64,000 nt of DNA from Alphaproteobacteria bacterium. GTDB taxonomy: Bacteria > Pseudomonadota > Alphaproteobacteria > GCA-2731375. The translations under genes were made by a program, and so were the position numbers. The stretch's first letter is position 1. Each line of letters starts with the position of its first letter. Shown here piece after piece: positions 19,375 through 29,053 of this stretch. Under the pieces are notes generated by a model. That model was not told the DNA's origin and ran no database searches. It saw only the letters and a list, made by a program, of their open reading frames with translations. The stretch spans positions 1,920,001 to 1,984,000 of the forward strand of contig CBDDPY010000002.1 of NCBI GenBank assembly GCA_965232515.1, in the 5' to 3' direction.

Positions 19375-19743
19375 ATGTCGGACAACAAGATCAACGTGAA
19401 CTGATTCGAGATTCCGGTGGCAAACCTCGACCGCGCCGCGAAGTTCTACAGCACCGTGCTCGGAACAACCCTGGTGCCGATGGAAATGCCCGGCATCCGC
19501 ATGCAGGCATTCCCCGGCCCTGAGAACATGACCGGCGCGCTGGTCGAGAGCGAGCACAACAAGCCGGCCGGCACCGGCACGCTCGTCTTCCTCGATGCGG
19601 CCGGCGACATCCCGGCCATTCTCGCCCGCGTCGGCGACGCCGGCGGCCAGGTCGTGCTGCCGAAGACGCCCATCGGCGAGTTCGGCCATGTCGGCCAGTT
19701 CATCGACACCGAGGGCAACCGCATCGCGCTGCACAGCCACTGA
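19375..19743 (+). pseudogene. VOC/glyoxalase-family protein with in-frame TGA at codon 10
   Basis: GAAGGG RBS, ATG 19375: MSDNKINVN*FEIPVANLDRAAKFY...GG.V.LPKT.IG..G....FIDTEGNRIAL; TGA at 19402-19404 sits where the family has W (NWFEIP). Confidence 0.75.
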
Positions 19744-19791
19744 CCGCGGCGGCCACGGGCGCAACCCAAGCGTCCGTGGCCCTTCGGCGGC

Positions 19792-20169
19792 TCAGAGCAG
19801 ACCGCGCTCGCCCAGCACGTCCTCGGCGATGCGGAAGCTGTCGATACAGGCCGGGATGCCGCAATAGGCGACGGTCTGGTACAGCACCTCCTGGATTTCC
19901 TCGACCGTGCAGCCGTTGTTGATGGCCGAGTTCACGTGCATGCGGATCTCGTGCGGCCGGTTCAGCGCCGTCAGCATGGCGAGGCACAGCATGCTGCGCA
20001 CCTTGCGTTCAAGGCCGGGTCGCGCCCAGATATCGCCGAAGGCGTTCTCCTCAGAAAAGCGCCGGATCGGCGCGTTGAAATCGTTGGTCGCCGCATCGCG
20101 CTTGGCCATGTAATCGGCGCCCAGCACCTCGGTCAGGATCTGCCGCCCGCGTTCCCGCTTCTCACTCAT
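19792..20169 (-). CDS. Carboxymuconolactone decarboxylase family protein
   Basis: FGDIWARPGL.RK.RS, H...A.NNG, EI.EVL.Q..AYCG.PA. Confidence 0.9.
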   Translation of the reverse strand: MSEKRERGRQILTEVLGADYMAKRDAATNDFNAPIRRFSEENAFGDIWARPGLERKVRSMLCLAMLTALNRPHEIRMHVNSAINNGCTVEEIQEVLYQTVAYCGIPACIDSFRIAEDVLGERGLL

Positions 20170-20188
20170 CGCCTGTCTCCCTCCAGAT

Positions 20189-20929
20189 TCAAAGCAATAC
20201 GAAACCACCGTCGGCGATCAGCGTTTCGCCGACCACGTAGGACGCGGCGTCGGAGGCCAAGAACACGGTCAGCTTCGCCATCTCCTCCGCGTTGCCAAGA
20301 CGACCGGCCGGGATCATCTTCAGGCTCGCCGCGTATTGCGCCGGGTCGTCCCGCAGGTACTGATTGATCGCCGTCAGCGTGCGGCCCGGCGCCAGCGCCA
20401 CCACGCGCACGCCGTGCGGCGCCCACTCGGCCGCCGCCGCGCGGGTGAACTGCGAGATGCCGGCCTTGGTCGCCGAATAGACCCCGCGCTCGGCCGAGCC
20501 CCAGAACGCGAGCTGCGAGGACGTGCTGACGATCACGCCGCGCCCGCGTTCCACCATGCCGCGGCCCACGGCGACGGCGAGCTGAACCGGCCCCGCGAAA
20601 TTGGTGGCGACTAGCGCCTGGATGTCCTCCGGCGTCTGATCGAGCAACGGCCCCAGACGGGCGATGCCGGCATTGTTGCAGAGCACGTCGACCGCGCCGG
20701 CCGCTTCGGCCAGCGCCAGCACCGACGTCAAATCCGACTGGTCATAGACATGCCACGTCGCACCAAGCGTCTCGGCGACCGCCTGCACGCCCGCCTCGTT
20801 GACATCGGCCAACAGCAGCTCTGCGCCATGGCCGGCGAAGGCTTCCGCCATCGCCTGTCCGAGCCCGCTCGCGGCGCCCGTCACCAGCACCCGCTTGCCG
20901 TTGAAATCGAAGTCCTTACTCTCCAGCAT
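20189..20929 (-). CDS. Short-chain dehydrogenase/reductase
   Basis: TGAASGLG, NNAG, YSATK; real start near 20929-20935 (the track ORF is over-extended). Confidence 0.88.
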   Translation of the reverse strand: MLESKDFDFNGKRVLVTGAASGLGQAMAEAFAGHGAELLLADVNEAGVQAVAETLGATWHVYDQSDLTSVLALAEAAGAVDVLCNNAGIARLGPLLDQTPEDIQALVATNFAGPVQLAVAVGRGMVERGRGVIVSTSSQLAFWGSAERGVYSATKAGISQFTRAAAAEWAPHGVRVVALAPGRTLTAINQYLRDDPAQYAASLKMIPAGRLGNAEEMAKLTVFLASDAASYVVGETLIADGGFVLL

Positions 20930-21025
20930 CGTCATCCCTCTCCGGTTCCGAATTCCGCCTGCCGACCGTAGCAGAATTCGTGCGACACTCGGCCGTCCGT
21001 TCCGTCCGTCGTACCGGGAGTAAGC

Positions 21026-22222
21026 ATGGCTGAGAGCTATCCGCTGGCCGGGATCCGGGTCATCGACCTGGGCCAGATCTATAACGGCCCGTATGCCACC
21101 TTCCTGATGGCGATGGCCGGCGCCGAGGTCATCAAGGTCGAGCCCAGGCACGGCGAGCCGCTCCGCCGGCGCAGCGTCGCCGATGCCGGCTCGCTGCCGC
21201 TGGCGCTGCTGAACGCCAACAAGCGCGGCATCACGCTCAACCTGAAGCACGAGCGCGGCCGCGAGCTGCTGGTCGCGCTCGCCGAGACCGCCGACGTGCT
21301 GTTGGAGAACTTCGCGCCCGGCGTGATGGCGAAGCTGGGTCTCGGGCACGAGACCCTGCAGGCCGCCAATCCACGGCTGATCTATGCCTCCGGCTCCGGC
21401 TACGGCCGCAGCGGTCCCAACAAGGACGACCTCGCCATGGACCTGACCGTGCAGGCGACTTCCGGCCTGATGAGCGTCACCGGCATGCCAGACGGCCCGC
21501 CGGTCAAAGCCGGCGGCGCGGTCTGCGATTTCCTGGGCGGCACCCACCTCTACGCCGCCGTCGTCACCGCGCTCTACGAACGCGAGCGCACCGGCCGCGG
21601 CCGGCTGGTCGAGGTCGCCATGCAGGAGGCGACGCTGCCGACGCTGGTCTCGAACCTCGGCATGATGCATTTGAACGACGGGGCCGTGCCGCCGCGCACC
21701 GGCAGCCGCCACGGCGGCATGGCGATCGCGCCCTACAACGTCTATCGCTGCCGCGACGGCTACGTCGCCATCATCACCGCCACCGACCAGCATTGGCTGA
21801 ACGTGCTCGACGCCATGGGCCGGCCCGACCTGAAGGACGACCCCCGCTTCGCCAACAACGAGAAACGCGCGGCGCATATGGACATCGTCGACAAGCTTGT
21901 CGAGGACTGGACCATGACGCTCGACCGCGATGACCTGCTGGCGGCGGCCCGCCGGCATCATATTGCCTGCGCCCCGGTGCGCGACCTGACGGAGGTGGCG
22001 GCAGATCCGCACATGCACGAACGCGGCATGCTGACACCTTTCGACCACCCCGATCTCGGCCCGGTCACGGCCATGACCAGTCCGCTGCGCTTCGACGGCC
22101 TGCCGCAGACGCCACTCACGCCCAGCCCACGCCTCGGCGCCGACAATGCCGGTGTCTATGGCGCGCTGCTCGGCCTGACGGCCGATGAGATTACCGAGTT
22201 GGAAAACGATGGCGTGATCTAA
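21026..22222 (+). CDS. Family III CoA-transferase (CaiB/BaiF)
   Basis: PLAGIRVIDL, GAEVIKVE, NANKRG, ENFAPG, PRLGAD. Confidence 0.92.
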   Translation: MAESYPLAGIRVIDLGQIYNGPYATFLMAMAGAEVIKVEPRHGEPLRRRSVADAGSLPLALLNANKRGITLNLKHERGRELLVALAETADVLLENFAPGVMAKLGLGHETLQAANPRLIYASGSGYGRSGPNKDDLAMDLTVQATSGLMSVTGMPDGPPVKAGGAVCDFLGGTHLYAAVVTALYERERTGRGRLVEVAMQEATLPTLVSNLGMMHLNDGAVPPRTGSRHGGMAIAPYNVYRCRDGYVAIITATDQHWLNVLDAMGRPDLKDDPRFANNEKRAAHMDIVDKLVEDWTMTLDRDDLLAAARRHHIACAPVRDLTEVAADPHMHERGMLTPFDHPDLGPVTAMTSPLRFDGLPQTPLTPSPRLGADNAGVYGALLGLTADEITELENDGVI

Positions 22223-22242
22223 CGCTCAGCGGAGACGACCCC

Positions 22243-23538
22243 ATGTCCCACGACCTGATCATCCGCAACGCCAGCCTGCCGGACGGCCGTCGCGGCCAGG
22301 ACATCGCCATCCGCGACGGCCGCATCGCCGATATCGGCCCGGCGCTCGACGGCGCGGCCGGCCGCGAGATCGACGCCGCCGGCCAGCTCGTCGCGCCGCC
22401 CTTCGTCGACGTGCACTTCCATATGGACGCCACCCTGTCGCTGGGCCAGCCGCGCTTCAACGAATCCGGCACTTTGCTGGAAGGCATCCAATTGTGGGGC
22501 GAGCTGAAGCCGCACCTCACCCAGGACGCCGTCGTCGAACGGGCCTTGCGCTACTGCGACCTCGCCGTCTCGCAGGGTCTGCTGGCGATCCGCAGCCATG
22601 TCGATATCTGCGACGACCGGCTGCTCGCCGTCGAGGCCCTGCTCGACGTCAAGGCGCGGGTGAAGCCCTATCTCGACCTGCAGCTCGTCGCCTTCCCGCA
22701 GGACGGCTATCTGCGGTCGGCCAACGCCGTCGCCAACCTGACGCGCGCGCTCGAGATGGGCGTCGATATCGTCGGCGGCATCCCGCATTTCGAACGCACC
22801 ATGGCCGACGGCGCCGCCTCGGTGCGGGCGCTTTGCGAGATCGCCGCCGACCGCGGCCTGATGGTCGACATGCATTGCGACGAAAGCGACGATCCGCTGT
22901 CGCGGCACATCGAGACGCTCGCGGCCGAAACCCAGCGCCTTGGCCTCGGCGGCCGGGTCACCGGCTCGCACCTGACGTCCATGCACTCGATGGACAACTA
23001 CTACGTATCCAAGCTGCTGCCGCTGATGGCCGAAGCCGGCGTCAATGCGGTCGCCAACCCGCTGATCAACATCACGCTGCAGGGCCGGCACGACAGCTAC
23101 CCCAAGCGCCGCGGCATGACCCGGGTGCCCGAACTGATGGCCGCCGGCGTGCCGGTGGCGCTGGGCCAGGACTGCGTCATGGATCCCTGGTACTCGCTCG
23201 GCACGGCCGACATGCTGGACGTGGCGTATATGGCCATTCACGTCGGCCAGATGACCGGTCGCGAGGCCATGCGGGCCTGCTTCGAGGCGGTGACGACGGC
23301 GCCGGCCGCGATCATGGGGCTCGACGGTTACGGCCTTGAACCGGGCTGCCACGCGGATCTCGTCATCCTGCAGGCGAGCGACCCGATCGAGGCGATCCGC
23401 CTGCGGCCGCCGCGCCTCTACGTAATTCGTCGGGGCGAGATCATCAGTGAAACCGCGCCGCGGCATACCGCGCTCAGCCTGGACCGGCGGCCCGCCGCGC
23501 TCGACCCCGCCGCCTATGCGCCGGGGTCGCCGGCCTGA
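22243..23538 (+). CDS. codA: Cytosine/creatinine deaminase-like metal-dependent amidohydrolase
   Basis: VDVHFHMD, AFPQDG, GGIPHFE, MHCDESDD, GQDCVMDPWY; exact substrate unproven. Confidence 0.8.
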   Translation: MSHDLIIRNASLPDGRRGQDIAIRDGRIADIGPALDGAAGREIDAAGQLVAPPFVDVHFHMDATLSLGQPRFNESGTLLEGIQLWGELKPHLTQDAVVERALRYCDLAVSQGLLAIRSHVDICDDRLLAVEALLDVKARVKPYLDLQLVAFPQDGYLRSANAVANLTRALEMGVDIVGGIPHFERTMADGAASVRALCEIAADRGLMVDMHCDESDDPLSRHIETLAAETQRLGLGGRVTGSHLTSMHSMDNYYVSKLLPLMAEAGVNAVANPLINITLQGRHDSYPKRRGMTRVPELMAAGVPVALGQDCVMDPWYSLGTADMLDVAYMAIHVGQMTGREAMRACFEAVTTAPAAIMGLDGYGLEPGCHADLVILQASDPIEAIRLRPPRLYVIRRGEIISETAPRHTALSLDRRPAALDPAAYAPGSPA

Positions 23539-23556
23539 TCCGAAGCGGCGCGCACC

Positions 23557-24207
23557 TTACTCGTCGCTCTGGCCGCCGCCTTTCCAGCGCGGACGGCTGT
23601 GGTTCTCGGTGAAGTCGGTGAACATCAGATTGAAGCTGACGCTGATGCGCCGCTCGGCGCTCTGGTTCGACGGCACCGAGTGGGTCAGCCAGGCCGGAAA
23701 CAGCACGATCGTCCCGGGCTCCACCGTCAGGGTAGCGCTGCGCGAGTTCAACGCGTTCCGGGTCTCGACCCTGGGCAGGATCACCTTGTTCTGAAACCGC
23801 GGATCGTGGAACAGGATCTGGTCGCCGCCGGGCTGGACCTTGGCGTAGTAGACGCCGCTCAGATAATTGTTGGGGTGGGTGTGTTGTTGGTGGCCATGGA
23901 CGCCGGCCGCCTTCACATTCGCCCAGCAGCCGGTCACCACAAGCTCGCGCTCGACCGTGTTCATGGCGGCAAGCGCCTCGGCCGCCGCCGCCTCGGCATA
24001 GCGGTTGAGCGGCGCGAACTCCTCGAGCTCCTGCAAATTGTTCGGGCTCTGCCAGGACCCCTCGGCGTCGAATGCCGGATCGGCCGCCGCCAGGGCGTCG
24101 ATCTTCGGAATGATCGCCGCGTTCAGCGCCTCGCACTCCGCCGTCGCGAGCTTCGAGATCCATACCGGACTGGGGAACAGCCCGATCATATTTTTTGCTT
24201 CGAACAC
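23557..24207 (-). CDS. Putative 2OG-Fe(II) oxygenase (TIGR02466-like)
   Basis: LFPSPVW, WANV, HTHPN..LSGVYY, LFPAWLTHSV, RISVSFN; GTG start after GGAGG. Confidence 0.85.
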   Translation of the reverse strand: MFEAKNMIGLFPSPVWISKLATAECEALNAAIIPKIDALAAADPAFDAEGSWQSPNNLQELEEFAPLNRYAEAAAAEALAAMNTVERELVVTGCWANVKAAGVHGHQQHTHPNNYLSGVYYAKVQPGGDQILFHDPRFQNKVILPRVETRNALNSRSATLTVEPGTIVLFPAWLTHSVPSNQSAERRISVSFNLMFTDFTENHSRPRWKGGGQSDE

Positions 24208-24366
24208 CTTCGTCGACCCTCCAGAAATGTCGGCGGCCGCGGAGGTCCGCTCACGACGGCCGCTTCGGCACGAGTACATCGCCGGCGGGTCGCGATCAAT
24301 AGGCGGCGGCTGGGCAGATTGCCGCATATCGTCGTCGGGGGCGGCACGCCGGTCACGCCTGCACGG

Positions 24367-24382
24367 GTAATGTCTTGTTAAC
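24367..24382 (+). promoter_or_regulatory. Probable CtrA box (GTAA-N7-TTAAC)
   Basis: One mismatch to consensus, 63 nt upstream of the response regulator ATG. Confidence 0.55.
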
Positions 24383-24445
24383 TACCCGCAAATACACTTC
24401 CCGATAGAGGCCCGCGTTTTTTCGCCAGCACCGTTGCGGCACACC

Positions 24446-25006
24446 ATGTCTGATTACAACCTCGATCGTTTTTCCGTTTTGGTTGTCGAAGACAACCGGT
24501 ATTTGCAGTCGCTGCTGGTGCAATCGCTGAAGGCGCTCGGAATCGGCACGATCATGACCGCCAGCGACGGCGGCGACGCGATCGACATGCTGCAGATGAT
24601 GGCGAAGGACCCGATGAAAGCCGGAGTCATGAACTACGATATCGTCATGGCCAACTGGCAGATGTCGCCGATCGACGGCCTCATGCTGCTGCGCTGGGTG
24701 CGCCGTTCCAAGGAATCGCCGCAGCGTTTCATCCCCTTCATCATGGTCACCGGCTATGCCGACAAGGATAAGGTCCAGGAAGCCCGCGACATGGGCGTGA
24801 CCGAGATCCTGGCCAAACCTTTTTCGGTGTCCACCATCGCGCAACGGCTGTTGCAGGTGATCGACCGGCCGCGGCAGTTCGTCCATACACCGAATTATTT
24901 CGGTCCCGACCGTCGTCGGCAGGACGTCGGCCGTCCCGACGGCCCGTGCCGCCGCAAGATCACGGAAGACGAAATCGACATTGTCTACGACTTCGGCACA
25001 AGCTAA
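24446..25006 (+). CDS. Single-domain response regulator with C-terminal YFGPDRRR extension
   Basis: VLVVEDN, MSPIDGL, IMVTG, LAKP; Asn (MANWQM) at the expected phospho-acceptor Asp position. Confidence 0.85.
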   Translation: MSDYNLDRFSVLVVEDNRYLQSLLVQSLKALGIGTIMTASDGGDAIDMLQMMAKDPMKAGVMNYDIVMANWQMSPIDGLMLLRWVRRSKESPQRFIPFIMVTGYADKDKVQEARDMGVTEILAKPFSVSTIAQRLLQVIDRPRQFVHTPNYFGPDRRRQDVGRPDGPCRRKITEDEIDIVYDFGTS

Positions 25007-25535
25007 AGCCGACGGCGAGAAGACCGGCAAGCGCAAGGCGCCGGTTCGCTACTACCGCTTCACAAATCGCCTGAAAGAGAAGGCCGCGAACGGTGTCGGC
25101 CTGTCGTCTGGCGAGCAGGGCTCGATTGCGCTCGAGGCGTTGGAAGCGGCGGAAGCCGAATTCGACCGCATGTCCGAGGACTATCCGGACTGGGTCCAGG
25201 GTCATATCAAGCGCCTGAACGAGCATCTGGCGCAGTGCATCAGGTCGCCCGAGTCGCGGCACAACCAATTCAAGTCGCTGCAGGAAATCGCCCATGACAT
25301 GAAGGGTCAGGGCGGCACATTCGGCTACCCGCTGATCAGCCATTTTGGCGAATCGCTCTATGAGTTCAGCAAGCCCCGCGAGGCCTATTCCGACGACGAC
25401 GTGGAAATCGTCAAGGCCCATATCGACGCCATGAACGCCGTCATCAAAGGCCGGGTCAAAGGCAGCGGCGGTGAGATCGGCAAGGAGCTGTTGCTGTCCT
25501 TCAATGCCGCGATCAAAAAGCGCACCGAGGGATAG
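24981..25535 (+). CDS. Hpt-like phosphotransfer protein
   Basis: AHDMKGQGGTFGYP His motif; overlaps the RR stop; TTG start uncertain. Confidence 0.75.
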   Translation: MSTTSAQAKADGEKTGKRKAPVRYYRFTNRLKEKAANGVGLSSGEQGSIALEALEAAEAEFDRMSEDYPDWVQGHIKRLNEHLAQCIRSPESRHNQFKSLQEIAHDMKGQGGTFGYPLISHFGESLYEFSKPREAYSDDDVEIVKAHIDAMNAVIKGRVKGSGGEIGKELLLSFNAAIKKRTEG

Positions 25536-25612
25536 AACGAAACACGCCGCCACGAGCGACAAGCAAACGTTCCCGATACGGGGAACCGAGGAGCAAGACT
25601 AGGAAAGACGCA

Positions 25613-26434
25613 ATGAACGCCCTATCGAATTGCCGGATATCGGCAATGTTGCGTTCGACGCTGTTGGCCGGCGTCTCGGCCACGGCGATCATCCACCACG
25701 TTCCTGACGCCCATGCCGATATGCCGGTACAGATGAGTCTCGGCGGGCTGTTCAACGAAAACCTGCAAATGCTGCAGAACCCTGCGGCGGTACTGCCGGC
25801 GCCGGACGACGCCGATCGTATCGGCTATTTCACGCCCAGGGTGGCAGGACTTCGTCTCGGCGCCGCCTATGCCGCGGCGGCGGATCCGGGTTGCGGCGAA
25901 AACCGTTGCGGCGACGGCTTCGACGGCTTCGACCTGCCGCAATCGGCCGAGCGGCCGACGGACACCCTGAAACTCGGCGCCGACTACGCGAGCGCGGTCG
26001 CCGGCATTGATCTCAGTCTTCGTGCCGGCTACGGCGCGGCGATCGGTGCCGCCACGCCGCCCGAAGGCGACGAGAGTTGGGGCATGGGCGCCAGCCTGGG
26101 TTTTGCCGGCTTCACCGTGGGGGCCGCGCTTCTGCAGGACGGCGAGCGCTTCAATCCGACCGCGATCGGCGGTATCGACTACGTCATCGGCATGGTCTAC
26201 ACCGCGCCGACCTGGCGCGCGGCGCTGCAATACTCGGATACCGAACCGGTGTTGGAGACCGACGAGGCGCTGGCGCGCAACCGGACCATCGGGCTCGAGT
26301 TCTCCTACACGCCCAGCCCGCAAATGACCTTCTCCGGCGGCATCCAGTACGGCGATGTCGACGATGGCCGCGACCGGACCGTCGCCACGGACGACGACGT
26401 CTTCCTCCTGTTCGGCACCCGTATCGGATTCTAG
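25613..26434 (+). CDS. Outer-membrane porin (alphaproteobacterial type)
   Basis: Signal peptide (LLAGVSA), RIGYFTPRVAG, amphipathic beta strands, C-terminal Phe. Confidence 0.75.
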   Translation: MNALSNCRISAMLRSTLLAGVSATAIIHHVPDAHADMPVQMSLGGLFNENLQMLQNPAAVLPAPDDADRIGYFTPRVAGLRLGAAYAAAADPGCGENRCGDGFDGFDLPQSAERPTDTLKLGADYASAVAGIDLSLRAGYGAAIGAATPPEGDESWGMGASLGFAGFTVGAALLQDGERFNPTAIGGIDYVIGMVYTAPTWRAALQYSDTEPVLETDEALARNRTIGLEFSYTPSPQMTFSGGIQYGDVDDGRDRTVATDDDVFLLFGTRIGF

Positions 26435-26488
26435 CCCGCCCCTGCTATAACCAGTCTCGCGCCAACGGTTCGCGGGACAGGGTCATTC

Positions 26489-27313
26489 ATGGGCGGGATT
26501 ATCTGGCTGGCTTCCTATCCGAAGTCGGGGAACACCTGGATGCGGGCGTTCCTGCACAACCTGCTGCGCAATCCGGAACGGCCGGCCAACATCAACGAGC
26601 TCGATCAGTTCTGCCTGGGCGATTCCCAGGCCGGCTGGTACGAGCAGGTCTCAGGCCGCGACATCAAGAGCCTCAGTATCCGCGAGATCGCCGAATTGCG
26701 GCCGAAGGTGCACGAGGCTTTCACCCGTGCGCATCCCGACTCGGTCTTCGCCAAGACCCACAACATCCTCGGCAGCTTCGAAGGCGTGCCGCTGGTGAGC
26801 ATGCAGTACACCGTCGGTGCGGTCTACGTCGTGCGCAATCCGCTCGATGTCTCGATCTCGCTCGCCGACCATTACGGCATCTCCATCGACGAGGCGATCG
26901 AGATGCTCGGCAATCCGGACGCCGGCAGCGCCGGCGACGCCAACGTCTACGAGATCTACAACACCTGGTCGCGGCACGTCGAAAGCTGGACCCATCAGGA
27001 ATCGGATTCGCTGATCTGGCTGCGTTACGAGGACATGCTCGCCAAGCCGGTCAAGAGCTTCGGCCAGGTCGCCAGGTTCCTGCGCATCGATCCGCCGCGC
27101 CAGCGGCTCGACAAGGCGATCAAGTTTTCCTCGTTCAAGGTCCTGCGCCGGCAGGAGGAGCAGTCCGGCTTCCGCGAGCGCAGCTCCTTCTCCGAGCGCT
27201 TCTTCCGCGCCGGCCGCGCCGGCCAGTGGCGCAAGGCCCTGACGCCGGCCCAGGTCGACGCCGTCGTCGCCGCGCATCACGCACAGATGGAGCGCTTCGG
27301 CTACCTGCCCTGA
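26489..27313 (+). CDS. PAPS-dependent sulfotransferase
   Basis: LASYPKSGNTW (5'-PSB), KTH, VRNPLDV..S (3'-PB), RYEDM, FFRAGRAGQW. Confidence 0.9.
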   Translation: MGGIIWLASYPKSGNTWMRAFLHNLLRNPERPANINELDQFCLGDSQAGWYEQVSGRDIKSLSIREIAELRPKVHEAFTRAHPDSVFAKTHNILGSFEGVPLVSMQYTVGAVYVVRNPLDVSISLADHYGISIDEAIEMLGNPDAGSAGDANVYEIYNTWSRHVESWTHQESDSLIWLRYEDMLAKPVKSFGQVARFLRIDPPRQRLDKAIKFSSFKVLRRQEEQSGFRERSSFSERFFRAGRAGQWRKALTPAQVDAVVAAHHAQMERFGYLP

Positions 27314-27334
27314 CCGCGGCAATGGAGTAGAGCC

Positions 27335-28225
27335 ATGAGCATCGAACGCATCGCCATCATCGGCGCCGGTGATATGGGTCACAAGGTCGGCCGGGCGCTG
27401 CACGACAGCGGCATCGAGGTGATCACCTGCCTCGCCGGCCGCAGCGCCCGTACGCGCGGCCTGGCCGAGGCCGCCGGCATGCGCGACGTGCCGGACCTCC
27501 CTGCACTGGTCGACACGGCCGACCTCGTGCTCTCCATCGTGCCGCCGGCGGTTGCCGTCGATGTCGGTGAGCGCGTCGCCGCGGCGCTGGGCGAAACCGA
27601 CGCCCGCCCGCCGTTCGCGGACTGCAACGCCGTCTCGCCGCGGACCGTGCAAACCATCGGCGCCACCGTCACCGCCACCGGCGCGCCCTTCATCGACGCC
27701 GGCATCGTCGGCTACGGCCCCGGCGGCGCCGCGCCGACCCGGTTCTACGTCAGCGGTCCGGACGTATCGCCGATGGACGTGCTCGACGGCAAGGGCATGC
27801 TGGTCAAGCAGTTGGGACCTGAGATCGGGCGGGCGTCGGCCATGAAGATGTGCTTCGCCGGTCTCAACAAGGGCCGGTTCTCGCTTTACACCGCCGTGAT
27901 GGTCGCGGCCGAGGCGCTCGGGCTCAGCGCCGAGCTTCGCGACGAGTTCGCCTCCAGCCAGCCGGATACGCTCGCGGCCATCGAGCGCCTGCTACCGCGC
28001 CTGCCGGCCGACGCCGAACGCTGGGCGCCGGAGATGGACGAGATCGCCGCCACCTTCGCTTCGGTTGGCGTGACGCCCGGCTTCCATGAAGGTGCGGCCG
28101 ACATCCTGCGCCTGCTGGCAACGACGCCGTTTGCGGCCGAGACCCGCGAGACCATCGACCCCAACCGCGGCCTCGAGGAATCGGTCCGGGTCTACGCGGC
28201 GCATCTACCGAAAAAGGAAGGATAG
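27335..28225 (+). CDS. NAD(P)-dependent oxidoreductase, 6-phosphogluconate/HIBADH-like with DUF1932 domain
   Basis: GAGDMG, DCNAVSP, ASAMKMCFA..NKG, RWAPEMDEIA. Confidence 0.85.
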   Translation: MSIERIAIIGAGDMGHKVGRALHDSGIEVITCLAGRSARTRGLAEAAGMRDVPDLPALVDTADLVLSIVPPAVAVDVGERVAAALGETDARPPFADCNAVSPRTVQTIGATVTATGAPFIDAGIVGYGPGGAAPTRFYVSGPDVSPMDVLDGKGMLVKQLGPEIGRASAMKMCFAGLNKGRFSLYTAVMVAAEALGLSAELRDEFASSQPDTLAAIERLLPRLPADAERWAPEMDEIAATFASVGVTPGFHEGAADILRLLATTPFAAETRETIDPNRGLEESVRVYAAHLPKKEG

Positions 28226-28230
28226 CCGCC

Positions 28231-29010
28231 ATGGATATCAGCGGCGGAGCCGCCATCGTCACCGGCGCCGGCACCGGCATGGGCGCGGCCACCGCGCGCC
28301 GGTTCGCCGAACTCGGCTGCAACGTCGTGGTCAACTGTCCCATCGGCGGCGAGGACGCGGCGGCGACCGTCGCGGCCTGCGAGGCGGCCGGCGTTTCGGC
28401 GGTGCTGGTCAAGGGCGACGTCACCTCGGACGCCGATTGCCGTGCGCTCGCGCAGACGGCGATGGATAGCTGGGGTCGCATCGATGCGCTGGTGAACTGC
28501 GCCGGCATCACCCGCTTCGTCGCCCACGACGATCTCGACGGACTCGACAAGCAGGACTTCCACGACATCTACGACGTCAACGTGGTCGGCGGCTTCCAGA
28601 CTATCCGCGCGGTCGCGCCGCACATGAAACAGGCCGGCCGCGGCGCCGTGGTCAACATCGCGTCAACCGCCGGCCTCGACGGCGCCGGCTCGTCGGTCGC
28701 CTACGCCGCCTCCAAGGGCGCGGTGATCACCATGACCAAGAGCCTCGCCCGCGCGCTGGCGCCGGAGGTCCGGGTGAACTGCATCTGCCCCGGCTTCGTC
28801 GCCACCGGCTGGGTCACCCGCGGCCTTGGCGCCGACGGCTTCGAACGCACCAAGGCCAGCTTCGACCAGATGCTGCCGTTGAAACGCAGCGGCACCGCCG
28901 ACGACATCGCCAACGCCGCCGTCTGGATCTGCACCTCGGCCGACTTCATGACCGGCGAAGCCATGCTCCTCGACGGCGGCCAACGCCTCGGCGTCAACGC
29001 GACGATCTGA
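28231..29010 (+). CDS. Short-chain dehydrogenase/reductase
   Basis: TGAGTGMG, VNCAG, YAASK. Confidence 0.92.
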   Translation: MDISGGAAIVTGAGTGMGAATARRFAELGCNVVVNCPIGGEDAAATVAACEAAGVSAVLVKGDVTSDADCRALAQTAMDSWGRIDALVNCAGITRFVAHDDLDGLDKQDFHDIYDVNVVGGFQTIRAVAPHMKQAGRGAVVNIASTAGLDGAGSSVAYAASKGAVITMTKSLARALAPEVRVNCICPGFVATGWVTRGLGADGFERTKASFDQMLPLKRSGTADDIANAAVWICTSADFMTGEAMLLDGGQRLGVNATI

Positions 29011-29053
29011 CGTCGGTTCGCCGTCGTCCAATTGTTGAAAGGAGGGCAGCAAC

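Noticed and set aside
19402-19404. In-frame TGA as selenocysteine or genetic code 4
   Set aside because: The homologous residue is Trp rather than Cys, no clear SECIS was seen, and TGA ends many genes in this window.
20189-22048. Apparent 619-aa SDR fusion
   Set aside because: The N-terminal extension is just the antisense of the CoA-transferase gene; the SDR starts near 20929 with its own RBS.
24395-24410. CCGATA elements as sigma28 -10 boxes (also near 49497 and 54690)
   Set aside because: No TAAA -35 element at the expected 15-nt spacing.
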